Below, one piece after another: positions 38,801-45,505 of a stretch of 64,000 bases of DNA. Below the pieces are notes generated by a model, which was not told the DNA's origin, did no database searches, and saw only the letters and a list, made by a program, of their open reading frames with translations. Origin of the DNA: Leucoraja ocellata (Eukaryota); NCBI GenBank assembly GCA_036785375.1, contig JAWMAR010000107.1, positions 1,302,001 through 1,366,000 of the forward strand. Reading direction: 5' to 3'. The translations under genes were made by a program, and so were the position numbers. How positions within the stretch are numbered: the first letter of the stretch is position 1; each line of letters opens with the position of its first letter.

Positions 38801-41361
38801 CATTAATTGGTCTCCAAAGCCTTCTGTGGCAATGAATTCCACAGATTCACCACCCTCTGACTGTATAAATACCTCCTCATCTCTTTCGAAAAACAACGTC
38901 CTTTAATGCTGTGGCTATGACCTCTAGTCCTAGACTCTCCCATTACTTTTATACCTTAACGTTTTCCTTACAGTACCTTGTCGAGTAAGGAAGAGCTATT
39001 CTGATTCGGGCAACAGGTTAGATAATCCAAGCACATGATGTAGACCAATTATATTTCTTTAAATATAGAATAGGAAGGGATATAATTAAAGGGTTTATAA
39101 AATGATTAAAGGATTTAATGGGGTAATTTGATTATTTTTCTTCTGTTGGGAGTTAGAGGATTCAGGGATATTGAATGGGAGCACAAAGGGCAGAAAACAT
39201 TTGGAAGTGTCTCCTCAAAAAACCTTCCGAGGCTGGAGAGTTAATTGAAATATTCATGACTTTTATTGATGATTTAGATAAAGTAAAAGCTATTGAAGGT
39301 TACAAAACCAAGGTACTAGTTGTAAATAAAGTTAAGAGCAGCACTGATCTAACTGGATGACAGAATTATTGTAGGTGGGCGTATTATGCTTTCCCCAATT
39401 TCATATCCCTACATTTATAAGTTGTATATTTCCAATTGTTCGCTGTATATTATTGCATAGCTCAGGCCTTGTGATGATTTGGTGTTGGAGAATGTTTTGG
39501 TTTATGTGCAACTTTATATCCTTGGATACATGGTTTCACATGATTCCCCACAGATCCCATTCAGTGACTGACCAACAGGCTTGCACATGTTACATTGCAC
39601 AGAAACAAGGAGTCATTGCAAACGTTCATTTGTTTAAAAACATCTCTTAGCCAAAATCATTGTTGTCTCCATGCACTATCTGCAAGTTAGTCCTTGCAGC
39701 TGAGCAAAGTACCCAAAATAGTCAGTTCCATGAAGCTATCATAGACTTCCTGAAGAGGTAATAAATGAGAAGCAAAGCAATGTTTCTTTCTAGATAGGAA
39801 TGAGAATCAAACACACCACATGTTGATCGGTTCCCTCTTTTTGTTCACAATTTTATTCACAATTCTGTTATATGGTAACGTAAATGCACTTATTTTTTAA
39901 GGAAGCTGTTTTCTGGATTTAATGATATACGCATATGTCAGATGCTTTTCTGCTCTCCAACCCAGCCTTAGGTAAACTTGTATAGTGGGCCTGTTTTGGG
40001 TCTGTTCCAACAGGTGAAGAACACTAAATTGGACGTGCAATTGATCTGTTGTAGAAAATGGGTGTGTTGTGCTCAGTGGCAGACCTACATTTTTGGGGCA
40101 CTGAAGCTTGAACTGTTATGGGGGCCCCTTCACAACCAGCAACGAGATTTGGGTAACCACTGTTATCTTCTTCAATGGGGTTGTTCCACGACAGGCTGGC
40201 TAGGCCCCCGGCAGGGTTCAGGGAGCAACGCCCCCTGAACCTCCTGCATTTTCAATAATTTGAAAGTGACTCTCAAGCTTTCTGCTGGTAGTTTACATAA
40301 CAGAAGCTTAAAATTTTTCTAACACTTATGCAGTAAAATAACCCCCAAAAGATATATATTTCATGAAATAGACAATAGACATTTCTATGATCATCCACAA
40401 TCAGTACCCCATTCCTGCCTTCTCCCCATGTTGCTTGATTTTGCTATCTGTAACTCTATCTATCTCTCTCTTGAAAGCCTCCAGAGAATTGGCCTCCACT
40501 GCCAATCCACTCTTAAAGATAGCAGAGTCAGGGGATGTGGGGAGAAGGCAGGAACGGGATACTGATTGTGGATGATCAGCCATGATCACATTGAATGGCG
40601 GTGCTGGCTTGAAGGGCCGAATGGTCTACTCCTGCACCTATTTTCTATTGTCTATTCACAACTGTGTGAAAAAGTATTTCCTTAACTCCGTTCTAAATGG
40701 CCTACCCCTTATTCTTAAACTGTGGCCCCTGGTTCTGGACTCTCACAGCATTGGAAATGTGTTTCCTGCCTCTAGCATGTCCAAACCCTTAATAATCTGA
40801 TATGTTTCAATAAATGGCCTCATACAGCAAAAAAAATCTTTACAAAAATATGTTACCTGAAATGTCTCTTTGCCTAGCTCTGAGATGAGAAAAAACTTTT
40901 GTTGTGAATTTGTGGAATTCTCTGCCACAGAAGGCAGTGGTCTCGTCTCCTTCAACAGCACCTCGGTCTCCCTTCCTGAGCTCAGACATCCACTTCTCCT
41001 CACCTCACCTACGCTCACTTCCCCTCACCTACACACACATACCTCGATTAATCCCCTCGCCTCACCAAATTCCTCGCCTTGACGATACCTCACTACCAAA
41101 CTTCTCCTCACACCTAAACCTCGCCTCGACTAAACCGTACCTCACTAAACCTCGCCACTCAAATAATCTTCACACCTCACACCTTAACCCCACCTCAATT
41201 TAACTAAACCTCACACCCAATCCGTGCCTCGACTAGTCGCCGCCTCTCTCCCACTCCCGCTATTTATAGCGCCCCCCCCCCCCGGCCATTGGCGGTGCCT
41301 AACATGAGCGGAACGGGTACAATCAGGGGGGCGTTGCCGAGAGTGGCACAGGCGCATTCCC

Positions 41362-41393
<32 letters not shown>

Positions 41394-44300
41394 CAGAGAG
41401 AGAGAGAGAGAGCCTGTGGGAGGGGAGGAGCACACGCACACTGTCCTTGGCGTCGAGCCAGAGCCCCACCCCCCGCCCGCGGTGGCCGCAGCCCTTCCCG
41501 GTTTAAATCTGAAGAATATGCTTCTGGAGCCCCTCCAGGATTAGGGGCCCTGAAGCGTAAGCTTCATTAATTTCACAGTAGATGCGCCCCTGGTTGTGCA
41601 TGCTGTAATTAGTACCAAAATTGCTTAGAAATTGCTTGGCAGTTTGTAGAGAGGAAGAGACATTACATGAATTATATGTTGACAGACAACATGCACTGTT
41701 CGCATAACAAAAAAAAATCTTGCCCTCATTCTCCCTGTAGGTTTCATTTCTACCTTAATTGACTAATTAATTTGGCTGAGAAGGATAATTTTACTTATTA
41801 ACAGCTTGCACAGTAATAATTGTTAGTGATGTCAAATCAATCTGTCACCCAGAAAGAAAACAATTAAAAATGTGAAGTCTGATTTGTTTGGCAGTGTATC
41901 ATTGATGAATTGAAGGTCAAATTTTACGTCTTTCCTGCTTTTATCTCTCTTCCGCTTTTTCTGATTTTGCTCTAAATCACCATATTTCCCTTTTTAGGTT
42001 TGCTTGACGTGTATTTCATCTTTAAACCTCATTAGTTAAGGATATAAAGTGCTGGATTAACTCAGCAAATCAGGCAGCTTCTCTGAAGAACATGAATAGG
42101 TGATGTTTTGGGTTAAGATCCTTCCTCAGACTTCTTCAAGGGTCTGAAGATGGGTCTTGATCCGAAAGATGACCTATAATGTCCTCCAGAGAAGCTGTCT
42201 GACCTGCTGAATAACCGCAGCACTTTTTTTATGGATCAACCAGCATCTGCAGTTTCTTGTTTCTATACTTAGTTAAGGATACAGATGGTTAGTCCTGCCC
42301 TTCACACGGGGCCCACGAGCTCTGGCTCTTGCTATTCTTCTATTTGGGTTGCACTACCAGCTAGTTACAAAGCAATAATATCTGAAAATATTGGAAACAT
42401 TCAACAGTCAACAACTGTGAAAAAAACAAAGTTAATGTTTCAGGTTGAGGATCTTTCGCGAGAACTGGAAAAGAGAGAAAATATGTTAATATTGCTGGGA
42501 AGGGGTGAATAGGACAAAGAATATTTCTGAAAGCGTGAGGAAAGAACTTTTGTGGGGTGGGCAGGCAGAATTTGAACAAGGGATATAAAAGCTGTGCAGT
42601 GAGCGAATTTAGAGAGTGTGTGTACAAACAAGGCAACATCAAAGTTTTAAAATGTAGAGCAAGTCAGACAATGTTAACGCAGAGAGAAAAGCTGAACTAA
42701 TATGACAGATGAACTACCCAGTTTGGAGACTGACAGAGAAAGCGAGTTAGCTGATGCCAAATTCAATATTGAGTCCAGTATGCTCAGATAGGTGAGGTGT
42801 TGTTCCGCAAGCTTGTGTTGGGCCTCATTATAACAGTCCAGAAGCCACAGATAGAAGTCAAAGTGCAAGTGGGAGTGGAAGCTAAAGGGGCAAGCAGCAC
42901 AAACTCAGGGTCATTTTGGAGGACTGAACATGGGTGTCCGGCAAAGAGATCATCCCATCTGCATTTGGTTTCTTCAGTGCAGTGGAGGCAACGATGTCAC
43001 CGCCAAATACAGTGCACTGGATTGGAAGGAATTCAAGTAAATCACTGCGTTATCTGGAAGGGCCTTTGCATTGTGGGAAGGGGAGGTGTAAAGGGATAGG
43101 ACTTGCATCTCCTATGGTTGCTAGGGAAAAATATACAAGAAATCAAATTAATTGGTGGACCTGGAAGAGCAGACTTTTGGCTGGTTGAGGTGGGAGAAGA
43201 TGCATCTTCTTGTGGAATCTTGTTGAACATGACAGAATTCACGAAGGATGATGCTTTAAAGGTGCAGTTTGGTGGGATGGTAGATGAAGACCAGGGGGAC
43301 TATCCCTGCTTTGTCCATGCTGGAGGAGAGGAAGTAAGAGCAATGGGGCGAGAAATAGCTGAGGTAATCAAGGGCTCTGTGAACTATGATGGAGGGGAAG
43401 CCACAGTTCAGGTAACCATCTCAGAGGCAGATATGCAGCAAGTCTTGTTGTTAAAACAGATAGGACAGAACAGATGAATTGGGAAAGTCCTTGCAGGAGG
43501 CAGGGTGGGAAGACTATTTCAGATAACTGTGGAGTATGTGGGCTTGTAATGGATGTTTGTTGCCGGCCTGAGATGGGGTCAGATTCAGCAAGGAAGGAAA
43601 GAGTAGGAAAAGGCGAAGGTGAGAGGGATGGAAATTAACTGCACTAATGAGGGAATGGGCCCATGCAGAAATGAAGCAACGACTGTTTCATACATCCCAC
43701 AAAGACAGCTGTAGATCGGTCCTCTGCGATAGCTCCATAGCTACACCTATGACTTGAAGAAAATGTTTGGAGTTGAAGGAAAAGTTATTAAGTGTGAGAT
43801 CAGGTTCAGTCAGGTAAGTGAGTATGCTGGTGCAGTGAATGTTGATTTCTAGCATTTTTGATTTATATTTTAGATATTTGGAATCTTTTTTAAATTTTGT
43901 TTTACTTACAATGCAAAATTGTTTTTGAGGTAAGGAGTGAGGGTAATACAATCTGAGTAACAGAGCAAACTGTACCATGGCCAGCACCAGGTTTGACTGA
44001 ATATATTTATATGGTCCCTTCCTTGCCTCTAAGAAAGAATGAATATTCTGCATCGCCTCACATGTTATCTGGGAACAGCAGCAACCATTCTATGCATAAT
44101 GAGATCCTGCAAATAACATTCGTGCTAATCTGATTTTAGCAAGGGAATGTTAATCGGGGCACTGGACCTTCAAGTCTGCCATTAAAACTTTAATATTCAT
44201 CTCTACAAGAATCTAAGCCAATTGTTAAATATACAGTAGCTGAAATTGGCATCTCTGCTACTTCACTGGTAACAGAACACTGAATCACACCAGTTTAAAT

Positions 44301-45505
44301 TGTTTCTTTAATGCTTGGGGTGAACCTTTTACTTTGGAGTGAGGAAGGGTCTGAAGAAGGGTCCCAACCCAAAACGTCACGTATCAACGTTCCCCACAGA
44401 TGCTGCCTGACCCGCTGAATTACTCCAGCACGTTGTGTCATTTTGTGTAAACCGGCATCTGCAGTTCCTTGCTTCTACCTCCCTGTACAGTGTAATGGTT
44501 TCTGCTTACAACACAATAGTATTGCAAATTTTCTGCTTGGCCAGATCCAAATTATAGAATTTTGATAATCACATTTTTCTTTTGTAAAAGTTATTGTCTA
44601 ATCTTAAACGATATTTGAATTTTACTGCAGTCTTTATGCCAATGCAAGTAACACTCAGTGGCCATTTTCGATTGTGTTACTCATTCATGTAATTCTGATG
44701 TTTGAATCAAAAAGGATTGGGTTTGAATTGCACTCCAAGCATTTAAACACAGAAATCTAAGTGCAGCCATGAGGAAGTGTTATACTGTTGGAGGTATTAT
44801 CTATTAAACCTGTGACATTGTTTAGAAGATAGCACTTCTCTCAGTTGCATGAGTACAATATTTATCTCTTACCCATCATTGCCTGAAATATGTTATCTGG
44901 TGCGCTTAGATTTCTGTGTTTAAATGCTTAGAGTGCAATTCAAACCCAATCCTTTTTGATTTACTGCTTGTGGGAACTTGCTGTGCACATATTCTCTACT
45001 GCGTTTCGTACATCACAACAGTATTTATAATTTGAATGTGAAAGCGGCTGTAGAAATATATTCAACCCTTCCGTCTCTTAATGTTCTGATGTTGGTAGTG
45101 GTAATCATTTCTTTACGTACTGATAAGTTTATCATAAACATGCAAATTAAAGATTCCAAGCCCAGCATTGTGTGATTTCCTTGGAAAGTGACTGATTACA
45201 GGTGGAATGTGAACTCTATTGAAGAGTTCCACAAAGATAAGGCATTTAGATACTACTAATCAGTCCAAAGTTGTCCTTGCTGTCCATGGTACTGATATTT
45301 TACTCTGGTCAACCAGTTAGCTGGCATGCGTGTGTTGTGGGTTGCTGATAAAATATGAATTGTAACAAAGAGTTAACAATGCTCATGAATTTGTTTATTC
45401 TTTAATATTTTTCAGGATCTGGGGATAATGAAAGTGGGCCACATGAAGCGAATTCTCCAGGGAATTAAGGATCTTGGCAAAAACATTTCCATGCCAGAGG
45501 TGTAG
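2715..45505 (+). CDS. DGKH: Diacylglycerol kinase eta, 3' part of a spliced gene (13 coding exons in window; 5' exons lie upstream)
   Basis: Exons 2715-2832, 3949-4059, 5088-5184, 6211-6318, 7652-7765, 10346-10480, 15196-15362, 17269-17374, 19063-19155, 21540-21659, 25496-25604, 34754-34884 and 45416-45505 have canonical splice sites and join in frame (1499 nt). The translation matches type II DGKs; [31 protein letters not shown] and the C-terminal region favour eta over delta (recalled sequences). Confidence 0.96.
3949..4059 (+). CDS. DGKH: DGKH exon: [36 protein letters not shown](R); start of accessory catalytic domain
   Basis: ccag acceptor, gtagct donor; hallmark [11 protein letters not shown] motif. 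Confidence 0.97.
4490..5010 (-). mobile_element. Decayed Penelope-like element fragment (RT-EN linker / GIY-YIG region)
   Basis: Minus-strand peptides [19 protein letters not shown] and [13 protein letters not shown] resemble the Penelope C-terminal RT and Cys-rich linker. Confidence 0.7.
5088..5184 (+). CDS. DGKH: DGKH exon: [32 protein letters not shown]
   Basis: ttag acceptor, gtaagc donor, frame-consistent. Confidence 0.97.
6211..6318 (+). CDS. DGKH: DGKH exon: [36 protein letters not shown]
   Basis: acag acceptor, gtaagt donor; [17 protein letters not shown] motif. Confidence 0.97.
7652..7765 (+). CDS. DGKH: DGKH exon: [38 protein letters not shown]
   Basis: ttag acceptor, gtgggt donor; DDKILEVV motif. 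Confidence 0.97.
7985..8235 (-). mobile_element. Degenerate V-SINE (HE1-like)
   Basis: Reverse V-domain-like gtgtgggtggaaaccaaacacctggataaaacccaca. Confidence 0.6.
10346..10480 (+). CDS. DGKH: DGKH exon: [45 protein letters not shown]
   Basis: gcag acceptor, gtaagt donor; PVQVDGEAW motif. Confidence 0.97.
10850..11235 (+). mobile_element. Degenerate CR1-type LINE 3' end
   Basis: gtggtgaatctctgaaattctcta...gtggaggcc pattern and tail ...cttatgttct. Confidence 0.6.
11570..12180 (-). mobile_element. CR1/HER1-type LINE 3' fragment
   Basis: Minus-strand [13 protein letters not shown] peptide; colinear with 31368-32090. Confidence 0.8.
13060..13145 (-). mobile_element. Penelope terminal-repeat fragment
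   Basis: gctggagtaactcagtgggtcaggcagcatctctgaagaacatggataggtgatgtttc is the reverse of the repeat at 44345-44478. Confidence 0.7.
13995..14300 (-). mobile_element. Degenerate V-SINE (HE1-like)
   Basis: aaacaggcccttcagccca tail, V-domain remnant, tRNA-like head (caggattgaaccagggtc). Confidence 0.7.
15196..15362 (+). CDS. DGKH: DGKH exon: [55 protein letters not shown](R)
   Basis: acag acceptor, gtacgt donor; [12 protein letters not shown] motif. Confidence 0.95.
15705..16380 (-). mobile_element. CR1/HER1-type LINE 3' fragment spanning the assembly gap
   Basis: Minus-strand MRGIDKVN peptide; colinear with other CR1 copies on both sides of the N run. Confidence 0.8.
15938..16169. other. Assembly gap (232 N)
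   Basis: Run of n characters. Confidence 1.
17269..17374 (+). CDS. DGKH: DGKH exon: [35 protein letters not shown]
   Basis: ttcag acceptor, gtaagc donor; [11 protein letters not shown] motif. Confidence 0.95.
17648..17925 (-). mobile_element. V-SINE (HE1-like)
   Basis: (gtttta)n tail, V-domain remnant, B-box-like gggatcgaacccagg. Confidence 0.8.
18300..18800 (+). mobile_element. Highly decayed CR1 ORF2 (RT) fragment
   Basis: aagtttgctggtgacacaaa (KFADDTK-like) and tggcagatggagtataat (WQMEYN). Confidence 0.7.
19063..19155 (+). CDS. DGKH: DGKH exon (93 nt, symmetric): [31 protein letters not shown]
   Basis: long polypyrimidine tract plus cag acceptor, gtaaga donor. Confidence 0.95.
19380..19632 (-). 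mobile_element. CR1/HER1 3' end fragment
   Basis: Colinear with the start of 31368-32090. Confidence 0.7.
19682..20034 (+). mobile_element. 5'-truncated Penelope-like insertion: GIY-YIG endonuclease tail plus terminal repeat with hammerhead-like core; 12-bp TSD
   Basis: Near-frame peptide [25 protein letters not shown]; CTGAAGA at 19907-19913 and GAAA at 19927-19930; GAAAAGTCATCT at 19670-19681 and 20035-20046. Confidence 0.85.
21540..21659 (+). CDS. DGKH: DGKH exon: [40 protein letters not shown]
   Basis: acag acceptor, gtataa donor; ELQKLxEIPWLY motif. Confidence 0.93.
22115..22300 (-). mobile_element. Older Penelope terminal-repeat fragment with hammerhead-like core
   Basis: Minus strand reads cagtt-CTGATGA-tggccctagactt-GAAA-CATC-aactg. 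Confidence 0.6.
23520..23845 (-). mobile_element. Degenerate V-SINE (HE1-like)
   Basis: Colinear with 13995-14300 and 32860-33170. Confidence 0.7.
24084..24649. mobile_element. Non-autonomous TIR DNA transposon (MITE), PIF/Harbinger-like
   Basis: ~48-bp imperfect TIRs agggcctgtcccactgcggggacctaatt... / ...aattaggttgccgcattgggacaggccct; TAA and TAT flanks; internal ~10-bp cgactacctt-like repeats; CpG-rich. Confidence 0.75.
24905..25370. mobile_element. Cluster of Penelope terminal-repeat copies in both orientations
   Basis: gctggagtaactcagc (minus) and gtctgaagaagagtcccaacccaaaacatcacc...gatgctgcctgac (plus), with a further copy at 25250-25370. Confidence 0.7.
25496..25604 (+). CDS. DGKH: DGKH exon: [36 protein letters not shown]
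   Basis: acag acceptor, gtaagg donor (phase 1); [11 protein letters not shown] motif. Confidence 0.95.
26652..27066. mobile_element. hAT (Charlie-like) MITE with 8-bp TSD and a nested Penelope-derived hairpin
   Basis: TIRs CAGGGGTCAGCAACCT / AGGTTGCCGAACCCTG (14/16); TSD GTTTAGGC at 26644-26651 and 27067-27074; subterminal ggcccg motifs. Confidence 0.9.
27185..27715 (-). mobile_element. Degenerate CR1-type LINE 3' fragment
   Basis: Similar to 38645-38945 (ccccatatcccttgatt...ttctaaatgacc...tggccattggttcta). Confidence 0.6.
28241..28542 (+). mobile_element. Young full-length V-SINE (HE1-like, tRNA-derived head)
   Basis: A/B-box-like head (ggttcgatcccg), V-domain gagtttgtacgttctccccatgacctgcgtgggttttctccg...ggtttcctcccacactccaaa, CR1-like tail ending ctaaactaaact. 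Confidence 0.9.
28615..28790. mobile_element. Inverted pair of Penelope terminal-repeat fragments
   Basis: ggcagcatctgtgggg...gaacccttcttca followed by gaaatgtcacctgtccatt...gatgctgcctga. Confidence 0.65.
29810..29940 (+). mobile_element. Solo Penelope terminal repeat, flanked by AACAGATTCTATAAG direct repeats
   Basis: Direct repeats at 29795-29809 and 29941-29955; body nearly identical to 19907-20034. Confidence 0.85.
29812..29847 (+). ncRNA. Putative minimal type I hammerhead ribozyme motif
   Basis: GGGT-CTGAAGA-A-GGGT(TTCG)GCCC-GAAA-CGTC-GCCT: core boxes intact, UUCG-capped helix II, palindromic ACGT in place of helix III, 4-bp helix I with two wobbles. Confidence 0.6.
30440..30740 (+). 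mobile_element. Degenerate V-SINE (HE1-like) with poly-G run
   Basis: ggtggcacaatggc head, caggtgctctggttttctccca, tail gccgaagggcctgtttcc. Confidence 0.7.
31368..32090 (-). mobile_element. Relatively young CR1/HER1-type LINE 3' fragment
   Basis: Minus-strand [44 protein letters not shown], the CR1 ORF2 C-terminus. Confidence 0.9.
32096..32560. repeat. GC/G-rich insertion of unknown class with 3x 24-bp tandem unit (gggctgggctgggtctcygaygct)
   Basis: Abrupt compositional shift; tandem unit at about 32404-32480; many G-runs at 32100-32290. Confidence 0.6.
32860..33170 (-). mobile_element. Young full-length V-SINE (HE1-like), inverted relative to 28241-28542
   Basis: Shares the diagnostic gctgcattcgctgtaaggcagcaactcta with the reverse complement of the 28241 copy. 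Confidence 0.9.
34754..34884 (+). CDS. DGKH: DGKH SAM-domain exon (131 nt): (V)[43 protein letters not shown]
   Basis: tag acceptor, gtactt donor; typical SAM pattern W..EV..WL..L.L..Y...F....I.G..LL.L...DLK. Confidence 0.96.
35300..36860 (-). mobile_element. Possible heavily decayed DNA-transposon coding remnant (piggyBac-like?)
   Basis: Minus-strand SRNIAVGEA near 35870-35900 resembles the piggyBac N(I/L)xxDE motif; otherwise many stops. Confidence 0.25.
37190..37850 (-). mobile_element. CR1/HER1-type LINE 3' fragment
   Basis: Minus-strand [15 protein letters not shown]; colinear with 31368-32090. Confidence 0.8.
38645..38945 (-). mobile_element. CR1-type LINE 3' fragment (second subfamily)
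   Basis: ccttctgtggcaatgaattccacagattcaccaccctctgact is the reverse of a [13 protein letters not shown] coding segment. Confidence 0.8.
40370..40940. mobile_element. Rearranged CR1 3' end with alternating inverted segments
   Basis: 40388-40449 is inverted at 40517-40579; minus segment 40655-40810; plus segment 40880-40940 ([12 protein letters not shown]). Confidence 0.75.
41220..41510 (-). promoter_or_regulatory. CpG-rich patch with antisense CCAAT and TATA boxes
   Basis: Minus strand GCCAATGG (CCAAT 41288-41292), G-run, then TATAAATA (41261-41268); GC box near 41471-41478; (GA)n at 41363-41412. Confidence 0.4.
42045..42268. mobile_element. Palindromic (head-to-head) Penelope terminal-repeat insertion with 13-bp TSD
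   Basis: TTAGTTAAGGATA at 42032-42044 and 42269-42281; inverted arms at about 42046-42131 and 42142-42226. Confidence 0.85.
42380..43805 (-). mobile_element. Long decayed Penelope-like element (RT to EN to terminal repeat)
   Basis: Minus-strand [21 protein letters not shown] (RT, upstream of GxxMG) and [11 protein letters not shown] (EN tail); terminal repeat near 42380-42480. Confidence 0.8.
44040..44340 (-). mobile_element. Degenerate Deu-domain SINE
   Basis: gggaacagcagcaaccattctatgcataatgagatcctgcaaataaca is the reverse of the Deu-domain segment. Confidence 0.55.
44345..44478 (+). mobile_element. Penelope terminal repeat with degenerate hammerhead core
   Basis: gggt-CTGAAGA-agggtcccaaccc-aaaa-cgtc-ac (G of GAAA mutated). 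Confidence 0.75.
44690..45062 (+). mobile_element. Old Deu-domain SINE (SacSINE1/AmnSINE-like) containing an internal inverted duplication
   Basis: tgtgggaacttgctgtgcaca...tgcgtttcgtacatcacaacagt and tail gtgaaagcggctgtagaaat. Confidence 0.65.
44705..44961. repeat. 61-bp near-perfect inverted repeat (arms 44705-44765 and 44901-44961)
   Basis: Reverse complement of the right arm differs from the left arm at 2 positions. Confidence 0.95.
45416..45505 (+). CDS. DGKH: DGKH terminal coding exon: [29 protein letters not shown] (alternative frame [17 protein letters not shown], stop 45466-45468)
   Basis: tttttcag acceptor; completes the SAM domain (DLGI.KVGH.KRILQGI); TAG at 45503-45505. Confidence 0.96.
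   Translation, partial: DLGIMKVGHMKRILQGIKDLGKNISMPEV

Noticed and set aside
39960-40260. Possible left end of a hAT-like element pairing with the TIR-like end at about 41575-41592
   Set aside because: No matching TIR or TSD could be established by eye.
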